NCBI RefSeq assembly: GCF_036321535.1
Contig: NC_087438.1
Coordinates: 1,800,001-1,864,000 of the forward strand
Direction of reading: 5' to 3'
Source of the DNA: Camelus dromedarius
Lineage: Eukaryota
DNA: 64,000 nucleotides
The notes under the pieces are model-generated. The model was not told the DNA's origin. It made no database searches and saw only the letters and a list, made by a program, of their open reading frames with translations. Below are positions 11,251-23,425 of the stretch, piece after piece. The position numbers were made by a program, and so were the translations under genes. Position 1 is the stretch's first letter, and every line of letters begins with the position of its first letter.

Positions 11251-14200
11251 AATCGTTCATACTTTAAATTGTTATATGTTAACAACTAGCAGTTTTTTAG
11301 TAAAGATACAATTATGTCTTCTTAGATTCTTGCTACATATAATTCATCAATAATCTTTCAAGTGCTTCTGTCCATTGGATGTTCCCATAATCTAGGGATC
11401 TGACTGCTCTTCAAGGGAGGCCCAGACGGTCTGATTTCTGTTAGGAGAGGCTGATGTCTATCCCGGTGGGTGGGTTCTGTTGACCTGAAAGCTCTGTGAT
11501 CCCAAGACCCAGATGATTGTAAAGTGTGGCTGTGTTTGGCTCCGCATCCCTCTGTTGTTGGGCGTCTAATGCCCTGTGGTTCATCCACTCACTTCTCTAA
11601 GCATCTGGCTCCGTGTCTGTAAGTCCAAGATGATAAACCACCCATCCAAGGAAATGCTGTGTCACCGTGTCTGGACCAGAGGCGCTGTGCGGCTGCTAGG
11701 AGTCCACGGCAGACCCAGAGCTGACTTCAGGCGTGTTCTCCAGATGCTCAACGCTGTGAAACGCCATCCTCCTGGTCCCCAGTGTGCGTGTGCCTCTGGG
11801 CCGGGGGCAGGTCTCAGGCTCCCCCGGTTCGGGGCAGGAGGTCCTGTTTGCATGACAGCGAGTGGACCAGGGCAATGGTGGAGGTGCTGGCAGTGGGTCC
11901 TGTTTGCACAGCTGCAGCCACATGCTGGGGATGTCCCTGCCAATCAGCGCTCATCTTGGAGAGCCTTCACCTCCACGAAGAGACCACAAGGTCACCTTTA
12001 CTCCCACATGAGGTTCCAAAAGGTTTCAGTCTGACTCTGGAGCGAAACGCACCCCTGCGGTGGCGTCCGTCCTCCCGAGCGGACTTCTGAGCTGCAGGAC
12101 CTCGGAGAGCTCCAGCCAGCGCATCAGGTCCGACCTCAGCGCCCAGGGCTGCCCGGCTGCCCGGGCTGCAGGTGCGCAAATTTAAGGAGACGTGGCCACA
12201 GGCTATGGGTGTCCTTTTATAAACCAATAATAACAACCAGGTCTAGTCAATCCTTGTCAAGCTTTTTAAAAAAGGAAAACAATATTTGCTACCACCTAAT
12301 TTAAAATACCAACACTATTTCAAATGTGGTAGAAAGAACACACATGACTTGGGAAAACTTAAAGAAGTCAAGTGACTCCCATTTAGATTCTCTGATTTGT
12401 TTACTGAAACCCCACAGAGCATAGTATTTCAGATCATAATGCCTTTCGAATCCTCTTTCTAGCAAGACTGGACTCAGCGAATATGTGAGCCACATACCTT
12501 GGTCCTGGAGTGTTTTCCCTGAAACAAAAAATAGTGAACCAACATACCCATCAGACACTCGGGCATTTCCAGAACATCGGCTGTGCCTTCATTGGGGAGC
12601 CGGAGGTGGGGTCTGCACACCTGAACCTCCCATGTGTGCCGCTCATTCTGTTGAGTAAGAGATCATCTTAAAATACTAGATTTCCACGTGAGAGGGCAAA
12701 GCTTGCCTCCAGATGCTCCAGCTGACAGATCTAAATTGAAACTTGAGAGAAAAAAAAAAATCTTTCCAAGTATCTACTTAAAACAGGGGAGGAGAGATTC
12801 TGGTCCAAGTATGCAGCTTCAGAAATGCACTATTTTTAGACAGTCGATTTTCTTATCTCTAAGCTTCCCAGAGATTTACTCAGTTGAAGCCTGAGCTGAA
12901 GATTGAAAAAAGGAAGGAAAAAAAAAGCTCCCTCTGACCAGCACTTACCCTCCTCTGCAACTGAGCTGGTCATTTCCCTGGGGTGGGGCTGCGGGCTCTG
13001 CCTCAGAGACGCCGTCACAGACCTCGGCCAGGCACCCCGGGAGGCTGGGGCCACACTGCCGTTTGAGGTTATCTACTTTCCTAGTCAGGTTAATGAAAGC
13101 TCTCCAGTCTCTGCCCATTCAAGCCAAATAATGCAGTTAAAGGCATTGAGGTTTTCACCTGCATTTCCAGTAACAAATGTTTCCCCCCAAATTACAAAAT
13201 GGTTTCCCTTTTTCATCCCTAGGTTGGTGATTCTCTGCTCCCCGCTTTCTGGGAAATTCCCTTCGGGTTGGAAGTGAATCAAACATTCAGTGTCTGTGGA
13301 CGTAGCTGTGGCCCCGCTGAACGGGGGCTGCAGGACAAAGTGGACAGAGCATGCGGCGGGCGGCCAGTTAGCAGATGGGAGTCGAGGTCCGATCCGGAGG
13401 GTGCCTCCTGCAGTGACCCTGGCTTTGCTGTCTCCATGGGTCATTTCCTAAAAACAAATAAACAAAGCACACAAGAAGAACACGAGTCATGGTCTGTCAT
13501 CCACCATCAGGACGAGTGAGATAAGGCTCTGTGAAGACCTCTTTGGTGCAGATGGTCGTCCAGATCGAAGCCCCCAGTGTGGACGCCCAGGGGTCCCCCA
13601 CAGCCCATCTCTTCACTGAAAGCAGGATCTATAACCATTCAGAAACAAGGCTGAGGCATTTCTCTGGACACCACATTTAAAAACCAGTTCACATGCGGTT
13701 CACAGAAGAGGTAAATGTGTCATCTGAACCGCAGCCTAAGAGAGGAGGCAATGGGGAAGCGAACAGTCCTGAGTTACTGTAATATCTTAAAGGGGCGGCA
13801 ATAAATTGCCAGGATGCTTTTATGGAGTTTCTTAACCTCTGGCCTTTGGAGGGGAAATCAATAAGATATTAAGGAAATCATGAATTAATGTTTCATAGAG
13901 TGCAGGCATCAGTGAGAGCTCTGTGGTTTAGACAAATGTCCCCACCAGGAGCCTGCACCTCCGGGATGAGGCTGAGGCCACGGGGGTCGTCCCCTGCTCA
14001 CCTCCAGCTCCTGGCACTGGGGGGGCTGTGACAGACTTCGGGTGCTGTCAGGATTTTTACAGCGAAGTCGCCAGAGGACGTGAAACGTGAATGGCCCTTC
14101 TTCCGCCCAGTGCAGTCACTTCTGTGGAGTTTGCCTTCAGGGGGATCGTCTCATTGACGAGTTACGTTTAAGTGACTCTAGGCAATGGAGATAAGATTTT

Positions 14201-14834
14201 TTTAAATGAATGATGGAAAACACACATACTCTGAACTTAAATTGTCTATACGAACATATGGCTTTACCTGGGGAGCTGGGGACCTTCCCCTCTGTCTGAG
14301 TGTTCAACCACCCTTTCTTTCTCTTAAAGGAAAAGTCCAGGTGACCAAGAAGCCCCCAGGTCCGTGTGTCCACGTCCCGCCCAGTCCCTGGGCGGCTCAT
14401 CCTCCCTCACAACCGGGAGCTGCAGGACAGCGGTGCCCCTCTTGATGCCCCGCGAGCTTCTTCCCGAGGGGCGGGCAGCGGGCTCTGTGGCTTTCTGCGC
14501 ACTCCTGTTCTTGGCAGAGCCTGTCCTGCCTCCAGACCAGAGTCCACGTGGAAATGGACTTCACTGTGCTCATGAGGTACGATTTTAGACCCAGGACCTC
14601 AGGTAGATCTGGAGACAGGGTCCCCAGACTTCACTAAACACAGCCCCCTAGGTGCTGGTGGCTGATTCAGTCTCTGTCTCCTCAATTCCACCCAGAGAGC
14701 TGAGACGGCCACACACCAGCTGGTCCTCGTCAAGCAGGTGGGCTCCACTGCTTGGAGGGCCCAGTGGCAAGGACGGAAGAAAAGCAAGACACAGAACGGC
14801 TCCTTGTCACTCAGCCGTCATGGGTTTACGATGT

Positions 14835-15220
14835 AGCTTAGATCATGGTGGCTCCCAGCTCAGAGCCTCAGCAGGGCTTCTCATCAGGCTGAGTAAAACT
14901 CAGAACCCACGTGTGCCCTACCGCCCGGCCCCCATCACCTGCCTTTCCTTTCCCTCCAGCAGGGGCTCCGTACTCCTGCGGGTCCCACTCCCCACCCCCC
15001 TACCAGAAATCTCCCTCCTGCTCCTCCGGGGAACCCTGCCCTCTTCACTTGGGACTTGGCCGGTGGTCCTCCGAGCCCACCCCTCTGTGCACAACCGCAT
15101 TTTCCCAGTGAGCTTCAGAGGGGGCCTTACGTGCTTGTCCGCTGACCTGCTTGCGGTTCCCCCCCGCCCCGCGTCCTCTCCGCAGGGACCCCTGGCCCAG
15201 CTCTGCCTGGAGAAGGCCCT
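14835..15220 (+). mobile_element. LINE-2 fragment
   Basis: 'ttagatcatggtggctcccagctcagagcctc...ggcttctcatcaggctgagtaaaactcaga' resembles the L2 3' region. Confidence 0.55.
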
Positions 15221-15479
15221 GGCCCCTCCGCAGGGGAATCAGCGCTCGAGTGGGGCTGCCTTTTCTGGGGACGAGGCAGGTGGGGGCGTGGGGTGACCTG
15301 CTGGACCCTGTCCCTTCCAGGGGTCCGTGCACCCCCAGCCCCCACCCCAGTGCGCACAGCTGGCAGCGGGCCATGAGACGGGAGGAGCCGCACTGGAACG
15401 ACGGCCCGCAGCAGGCGAGCAGGCGGTGCAGCTAGTCCGGCTGCACAGGGCGGGCGGGCTGAGGGTCAAGGGCAGACGC

Positions 15480-15570
15480 AGGAGCCGAACTCTGGACGCC
15501 AAGTCCCAGCTCAGCCGCCCACACTTGGGCAGGCCACCGAATCTCTCTGTGCCTCCGTTTCCCCAGATGC
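15480..15570 (+). mobile_element. MIR SINE fragment
   Basis: 'aagtcccagctcagcc...cttgggcaggccaccgaatctctctgtgcctccgtttcccca' resembles the MIR core. Confidence 0.65.
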
Positions 15571-16044
15571 CTCTGGCCAGCCTTCTCCATCCGCGAGCTC
15601 TGTCTGAGGCGTGGTCATGACGGTCGTCGCCGGGGAAGGAAGCGCGCGGCAGTTAAGGTGGGGTTCCTCCTACGTGGAAGGGGGAGGGGCCAGACCAGCT
15701 CCCAGACCCCTCAGGCCCCGGTTCCTCCGCGGTCAGAGTCCGGCGAGGACGCCCAGGCGGGAACCAGCCCGGGGCAGCTGCGAGCCGGAGCTGGGTGGGG
15801 CCTCACGGCTAAGCCCCAGCGGGGACCCTGCCCCCGCTGAGAGGACCTGGGGCTGAGCGTCACCCTTCACAAGCCCTGTGAGTTTGTACCAAGTGCATGT
15901 GTTACCTACCCAGGACTAATCTGTTTTTTTTACTTAATTAAAAAATTTTAGAATTTTAATTTAAAATCGCCACGAACAGGGCCACCAGACTTCTAGGAGT
16001 TTGTCCCAGGAATTAATATTTACTATCTTTTTCCCAGCCGGTTT

Positions 16045-16185
16045 CACTACGGCGCTAGCAGTGGGGGCGGGGCGGGGGCGCACGGACGACAGCGGGCTGC
16101 TGGAGGGGCGCCGTCCGCAGGGAGGCGCGCACAGGCGGGGCCGCGCCTGCCGGCAGCGCGCGCTCCACCGATCTGGGGGCTCCAG
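16045..16185. other. Short, very CpG/GC-rich patch with GC-boxes
   Basis: GGGGCGGGGCGGGGGCG and many CpGs immediately after an AT-rich tract (15920-16035). Confidence 0.75.
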
Positions 16186-16985
16186 GTGGAACTCTCTCAT
16201 TGGCTCCTTATGAAGGACTCCATCTTCCTTTGTACAGAAAAGCAGAGTCCTAAGGGTGTCTGTGACCAACTCAGGGACAGACATTTTGGGGGGAAATGGA
16301 GCTTAATTGAACTAAGCGGGATTTGGGAGCTACTTGGTCTCATCTGTCAGCCACATCTGAGGGGAGCGGGAGGTGCCCCTCTTCACTGGCAAAGGGGAGC
16401 AGTGATGGATTCTCTTCTGCAAGGATCTGTGGCTCCTCCTGACTCACAGGAGTAACGGGCACGAGGGACTCTGACCGTCCAAGTGACCCCATACACGCTG
16501 ATGAAGGGACAGCCGCCACCATGCCACTGGGCTCCAGCGAGCTCCTGGCGCCTGAGTGAGCTGAGAGTCTGCGTTTGCAGTGGGCCGGGGACGGGTGTGA
16601 CTCCCGCTGGCCATGGGAGAGGGGCGTGAGGTGTTGCCCCCGCTGTCTCCTCACGAGCACAGTTAAGTAAGTTTGACACCAGCCTTGGTCCTGGCCTAAT
16701 CTGCCTCTGTCCTCAGCAGGAATCACCTGACTGCTTTTTACCTTCTAGAGCTGGTCATCCGGGGCTCCGACTTGCAACGGAAATGCTCAGACCATGTACA
16801 ACTCTGTTGTATGTGTGCTGTGGCTACACGTGCCCAGTGTTTCACGGAGTCCCAGACCAGCACACTCATGTCTCTGTACCATCACAGCTCCTGCAGGTGA
16901 GTCTCTGCTACCTACTGCTGGTGCACGCACGAGTGTGTCCATCCCGGCCGACATCAGGCGCGCTGGCCAGTGCACCACTGCTAAT

Positions 16986-17103
16986 GTCAGTGCGTGTGTC
17001 AGAGCTGGTGTCAGTGAGTGTGTAAGAGTTGGCATCAGTGAGTGTGTCAGAGCCGGCGTCGGTGCGTGTCAGAGCCCGCGTCGGTGCGCGTGTCAGAGGC
17101 GGC
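16986..17103. repeat. Minisatellite, 5 copies of a ~24-bp unit (gtcagtgcgtgtgtcagagcyggc)
   Basis: Units start at 16986, 17010, 17034, 17058 (22 bp) and 17080. Confidence 0.9.
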
Positions 17104-19692
17104 GCCGGCGAGGCTATTGCCGGCCAGGCGGGGTCCTCGGAGGCTGGCTCTGCCTACCTCATTTAGCAGGGCAGCCACCTGAAGAGGGAGGCTCTGCCAT
17201 TATCTTCAGGTAAATGAGGAAACTCAAAGTTGACGACGAGGAAAGCAGAGGGCAGGGACGGGGACACGAGGACGACACTCTGCAAACCCCAGGCTCGGGG
17301 CAGCCTAACAGCAGGCCAGGAGCCTCGCCCCTCCCGCTCCCGTCCGCAGTCTGCCGGCTGTGCGAAGGCGGGGAGGGAGGTCCTGTCCTGGGCTGGCCGC
17401 GGGGGTGGAGGAGGGGGCAGCATCGCTCTGACAGAGACCAGAGACTGAGTGCCACTGAGACCTCAGCCTGGGTGCCAGGCCTGCCTCGGGCCGTGATCCA
17501 CACCCTCCTGACGCCAAGCAGGGACGGCACCTCCAGCTGGGAGCGAGTGGGCCACAAGAAGTAGCCGAGTCCACGTAGGCCTGTTTCCAGCTCCACTGTG
17601 GCTGTCAGCCTCCTCAGGTCCTTGCTCCACGGGTTCTGTCCCCCGGGATGTGGGCCAGTGCGGATTCGATGAGTGGGTTTTGATGGGCATCCGTTCTCGC
17701 CTCCACGCTCGCCTCTCTCCCCGTGTCAGCCCAGCTTCTGCAGCCACAGGGCTGCCCTCCGCTCCACAGCCAGGCAGGACCGGCCAGCGGGTGGGCCAGG
17801 GCCCGGGCTGCTCGTCCTGCCGTGAAGGCGCTCGGGGCACCAGCAGTCACCGTGATGCCGCACAGAGTGGAAAGCTGTGCAGGATGTCAGAATTTGAACA
17901 AAGTGCCCCTGAGTAATGCATCCCTGGGCGGCACCCAAGGCGGCCGGCAGGGCTGCGGTCACTGTGCAACACGGGGGCACAGGGAAGTGACACTTACGTC
18001 CCACTTTGCCCACACGTGTTTACAAATGGAAGCAGCTCCACTTTGAGCTTCAGACATGAGTGGGCACATCCTGACACGACTCATCTGTGAGGCTGGCGGG
18101 CAGGGTGTGCGGTGTTAAAAATTGATAAAGAAACTGCTTTTTATTTGAAGACCCACAGCGACAAAGCTCTCTGTGCGGCGCCTGGAAGAGAGAACGCTGG
18201 AACATCACAAGGCTGCGGGACCCATCAGCGAAAACCTCAGTGCTGTCCTCTGCAGCACCACGGCCACGACAGACGCAGGGCACTGAGCCTAAGAAGCCAG
18301 TTGGCTGCGTTTTGTTTGGCCTGTATCCTGGGATGGAGTCAAGACAGTGGGGATGTGGTGGGGACTGCAGTGGGGCCAGGAAAACCTCAGACTGGACTTT
18401 CAGGGTGGCAGTGGGAACGTGCCATCCATTTCCCCCAGAAGGAGCTGGCTGTCCTGGAAAGTCCAACCTCCTAACAACGGAAGAGAGAAACATGAAGAAG
18501 ATCGTTGCTTTCACTTGCAGAAGAGGAAGGCGCACACTTTGGGCTCATGTTTGGTGGCCTGGTGCAGAGAGAGGGCAGCTCAGGGACCTTCGCCAGGGCG
18601 CCGGGATGCCAGGACGGTCCAGGCCGACCGGTCCGAAGTGAACTGCAGAATACATTGGTGGCCCTTTAGTGTGCAGAGTGGGAGCCTGGAGTGTGTCTGG
18701 GACTCCAGAGGCCGAGGGGGAGGACGCCTTTTCAGTCTCTGAGCTCAGCACAGCCCTGCCTCCCGTCTGCCCTCCCGGCTTCAATATGATTGACCGGGAA
18801 GAGGCTGAATTCCGGGCGCAGGCGGGAGCCTCTGGGCTCGCTCAGAACCAGGGGGACATTGGGAGCTCCACGCAGGAAAGGTGGGGCTGGGGGCTCCCGG
18901 GGGACCTTGAGTTCCTGTAACCTGGCTCCCAGGAGGGCGTCCTTGTCCCCTACAGGCACCTGCAGGCGGAAGGAAAGTTTTCTCCCATTCTCTGCTGCCT
19001 TGGCCCTGTCCATCAGAAACTGAGACTTCTCAGTTGAACATCTTGGTGTCTGGGAGTTTGAGTGACATAAGCACGTCATGAGTGTTCTTAGGGGAAAAAG
19101 AAAAAGATCCTAAATGTCGGAGAATGTGGGCAGGCTGTGACTGGCAGGGCCATGCGGGGAATTATCAGGACGATTCTGAAGCTGGTGTCATCTTCCTCTC
19201 TCTCTCCTCAACTGGAGCAACTTCATAATCGTTTTTATAGTTAAAAGCCACTTAAAGATTTCTATTGATGTTTTCCTTCTTAAAGATGATGAGTGACATG
19301 TGCGGGGGGGACGTGGCATCTCTGTCTCTAACTGGGTGCACGAGACTGTGTGACTCAGAGAGTCTGACCTCGCCAACTCTCAAGGTGGCCGAGCCACGCT
19401 TCCCATGGGAATGAGCTCTTGTGTCCCGCCCACAGAAGGCATCACGGGTCCCTGGCGGCTTCCTGCTCCGAGCTCACTGGGAAAACGCAAAGGGGGGGTG
19501 ATTTCCATATGTGCAGAGACTCCCCAGGTAACCCTGCAGGCAGGGCCCGCAGCCCTGACTGGCGGAGGGAAGACAGGGGAGGGCGAAGAGGATGAGAGCG
19601 TTCTCAGGTTTCGCTGATGCTCGGGGCAGCTGCACACACCACCAGGCTGCTGGCTCTCCAGAGCTCTGGGTCTCACCCGAAGACAGTGATGG

Positions 19693-19722
19693 TCAGGGCT
19701 AGGGTTAGGGTCAGGGTCAGGT
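19693..19722 (+). repeat. Telomere-variant hexamer run (TCAGGG CTAGGG TTAGGG TCAGGG TCAGGT); G-quadruplex motif
   Basis: Read directly; four GGG tracts with 3-nt loops at 19696-19716. Confidence 0.75.
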
Positions 19723-19969
19723 GGGAGACGGGGGACACGGTGGGATGTCTTTGCACCTGAAGGTGCTTAAACGGGTCACTTTCTGAGTCACAAAGGCTTC
19801 CAAGCTCCGGAGTCACCGAGGACGGTAGTGGTATCTACTTCACAGGTGGTCATGAAGGCTGATCCCGGCTGTTCCATGGCCACTGAGGGAAGGGGGTTCT
19901 CCTGATGCCAGGGAGGTCCTTGGGGATTGCTTAGCCGATGGCCATGACCGCCTGGTTCCTGGTGTTGCG

Positions 19970-20850
19970 AGACCGAGAGAAAAGCTAGAATTACTACTGA
20001 CAGATGACACAATGATCCTCCCAGAAAAAAATAACAGATTTATTAGACAAACTGTTAGAACCAATAAGTTCAGAAAGTTTGCCAGATGCAAAAATCCGTA
20101 GCACATTTCTGAAGCAGTGATGGCATTCAAAGGCACAAATTATTTACAGTGGCCACAGAAACTATAAATATCTGGAATTCATAGTACCAGGCACACACAA
20201 TATCTCTGTCAAGAAGCATTTGAAGTTTTGACATAGGACAGAGAATCTGATCTGAATAAACGGGGGAAATTTTCTCTGCTCCGAGCTGGGACAGCTTCAC
20301 ATTTAAAGATGCCAATTCCCTCAAAGTTAGTCTGTAAGATGAACGAAAGCCCAGCTCACATTCTAGATTGATGTGCTGTAAATTCAAAATCTAATTGAAG
20401 AATAAACCTTCATGAAGACCTATGCAAACCTTGTAGAACGGAAGACAGTGTTCCAGCCCTCCCGGATGTTAAGGCACACACCACCCTGACCATAAACACA
20501 GGGCGGCGCTGGCATAAGAGTGGGCGAAGTGCAGGGGACCCAGCAGAGAGCTCAGAGGTACAGCCGTGCACCGACAAGGACAAAATCTATGGCAAAGGTG
20601 GCACCGACATCAACAGAGAGTGGATCTGTGGTTTGGCAGAGGGTCCTGGGGGACGAGACTTGCTATTTGAGAAAAATGAAACTGGCTCCTTTCCTCATAC
20701 CGCACGCAGTGGCGGGCTCAAGAGAAAGGCGTAAATGTGAAGTGCACGGCTCCAGGCTGGCGGGGAACTGGGGGCCATGCGGAGACTGAGAGTAGGGAAG
20801 GACTCCAGAAACACAACTCCGCAAGCACAGACCCTCGGAAGCACAAAGTG
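19970..20850 (+). mobile_element. Ancient L1 (L1ME-like) ORF2 fragment
   Basis: 'actgacagatgacacaatgatc...caaactgttagaaccaataagttcagaaagtttgccagatgcaaaaatc' resembles the degenerate RT FADD region; also 'gaaaaatgaaactggctcctttcctcataccgcacgca'. Confidence 0.7.
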
Positions 20851-21679
20851 ATGCCAGCACTCTGACAGGCACACGAGGGAGCGGTCGGGTCAGAGGCAGG
20901 TTGGGGCGTGAGGGCCGGGGGTCTAGGAGGAGAGTGGGCAGATGTGTTGTCTACTCATATCTCCAGGGAACCCTTAAGCCAAACACTCAGAAAGGGGGTC
21001 AACCCCAGTGATGGAGTACGTGGGAAAACGCTTTGGGAAGAGCCCGTTGTAAGGTCGTACATTCATTAGGCAAAGTAACTGTGAAGTGTCAGACCATGTC
21101 AGCCTTAAATCTCCCCTCATGTGGCTGAGACTGTCTCTTCCCTATAATTTTCTGGAATCATAGTGGACAGAGATTCAATTATTCTTGAACACATGAACTC
21201 TAATGGGCTAAAACACCAGACTCTTTCTTATTCATGGGCATATATATTGTTAATTGTCTTTTAGAGAGTCATTAGGAAGGGACAATTGAGTAACGATTAC
21301 ATTTTCTTTTAAAGATGTAATTAAACATAACGCTTCCGTGTTTGATTTCAGGTTTCCTTCACAGATTGAGCGCGGCGGCTGCATTGCTAAGACCTGGCAC
21401 TCAGGCAGCCGATCCCCCGTCTTCACTGGCCGGGAGGGGGTCAAAGAGCAGCAGCTCCAGGACATTGTGAGCCCCTCTGACCTTCCCCACAGCTTGTGGA
21501 AGTGGTTCAAAAATCACACATCATTAAATAAATGAGTTCTTCTCCAAGGAGGAAGGAGTGAAGTCAGTGAAGCTAATTAGTAAACAGGAGGTCCCACAAG
21601 AAAGTCGGCGTGTGAGTCTGTGGCTCATCAGACTGATGGCAGAGGCACCAGACAGACGGACTCCACAGAATAGAGCTGC

Positions 21680-21870
21680 TATTGGCGTCTGGATCCAGCA
21701 GAACCGGGCTCAAACCCACTGCTCACTCACTGCGTGCCCTGGAGCGAAGCACGCCGTCTTCACCGGGTCTCCATTTCTGTCCTTGCAGGACTGTCCTCAG
21801 GGTGGAGGTAAATGAGGTCAGTGGACAGTGCTGGTGGCAGTGACTGCATTATTGTAATTATTACTGCTCT
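21680..21870 (+). mobile_element. MIR SINE, diverged
   Basis: 'ctggatccagcagaaccgggctcaaaccc...tgcgtgccctggagcgaagc...gaggtaaatgaggt...cattattgtaattattact'. Confidence 0.55.
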
Positions 21871-22039
21871 CTGGGAGCAAATGAGGGTAAAGACAGGTCA
21901 TTCAGGATCACTCGGTCAGACAAGACAAACAAATATGACACCAAAATGAACAATAGTTGGACAGGATTACTTAAGAAAGAGTGACAGGTTTTATGAGATC
22001 TGCCTAACAAGCATGCTGCTACAAAGTCTATAAACTACA

Positions 22040-22325
22040 GCACATCGATGTCAGAAAAAGACTTACAGACACAGAAAACAAAGTCATGGCCACCAGAGGG
22101 GACAGGGGGAGGGGAGGTAAATTGGGAGTTGGGATCAACAGATACAGACTACGGTGCACGGAACAGATAAACAACAAGGTGCTATTGTATCCACAGAGAA
22201 CTATATTCAGTGGCTTGTAGCAGCCCATAATGAAAAAGAAAACATATACACGTGTAACTGAATCACTGTGCTGTACACCAGGAACCAACACAACACTATA
22301 AATCAACTCTGCTTCGGTTAAAACA
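22040..22325 (+). mobile_element. L1 3'UTR fragment (artiodactyl/laurasiatherian type)
   Basis: 'agacttacagacacagaaaacaaa...gataaacaacaagg...gtaactgaatcactgtgctgtacacc...aacacaacactataaatcaact'. Confidence 0.88.
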
Positions 22326-23319
22326 ATGGTTAAGAACTACAGCATAAAAATCTCTACCCAGTGTCAGGAGAAGCTCTTCTTCCCCAGGGGCGGGGAGCCT
22401 GCCGCTTCTCACTCCGCCCCTGCAGGCGGCCCTACAGGTCCCTGCAGGCCCTGCTCCAGACCTGCCTTCTTTACGGCACTTCCAGCAGAGTGCTGGGCTA
22501 AAGGAGTCTCCAGTAAATAAATCCACTCATAGCTCCGCAGACACACCCGTGGTGGCAGATAAGTGAGCAGGGATGTCTCATCAGATCAGCACCAGGGTCA
22601 GCTCTCTCTTCTCGCTGGTTATCAGCTGTGTGTTGTGTGTGTGTGTGTAATCATGGAGATTGCATCCTGGGGCAGCATCAGCGCAGCCAGAATTAGTTTA
22701 GACCTGTTACCAGGGTGAGGAACAAGCCATTTCTGTCTTATCTCTTGCTCTCGGTGATACCCGGTCCTCCTGCCTCTCTCTGTGCTCCCAAGGGTGATGC
22801 CACCTTTGGCCTCTCCAGCTTCTAGCTCTGTTACCAATGGTTTCGAATCCTTGTCCCCATCCTGGAGAAGCCTGGTCCTTAGTCATTGTCCTTCAGTGAT
22901 AGAAATGGGTTTTCCCCAAACCATAGACTTTTGACCTTTGGCTGCCAGTGAATGTTGGAGATTAGCTGGCTAATACTGATGTTAGATATTTACAGATTTA
23001 GGGATAAAATGTCAGCTCCTATTGTAAATATTCAAAGGTGTTGATTGCAGTTATGTTTAATGACACATGGATGTGTGCTTTTTTATACTCTCCACCCCAC
23101 ATTTTCAGCACTGTATTCTTTGTTCCAGCTGTGTCCTAGTCATCCATGCGAGCACGGACACCGCCCGCCATTACCTGCACAGCAGCTCCGAAGGAGACTG
23201 TTAATACTCGGGCTGGTGCCAGCAGAGGATCAGGATGACGCTGTCAGGTCTAGGGCCCATCTCCAGGACCCCTGCGCTGCTGGCTCTGCTGTGGCCCACG
23301 TCACTTGCTCTGCACTCCT

Positions 23320-23425
23320 TCAAGGGGTTGTACTTCCTTGTTCCCCCACAGCAGGTGTGGCCATGTGACTTGTCTTGGCCAGTGAAATGCCAGTGGAAAT
23401 GTCACATGCCATTTCCATCAGGGAG
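23320..23425 (+). mobile_element. MaLR (MLT1-type) LTR fragment
   Basis: 'ggtgtggccatgtgacttgtcttggccagtgaaatgccagtggaaatgtcacatgccatttcc' is a hallmark MLT1 segment. Confidence 0.6.

Noticed and set aside
16986..17103. CRISPR-like array
   Set aside because: Units are head-to-tail with no unique spacers, there are no cas genes, and the context is mammalian.
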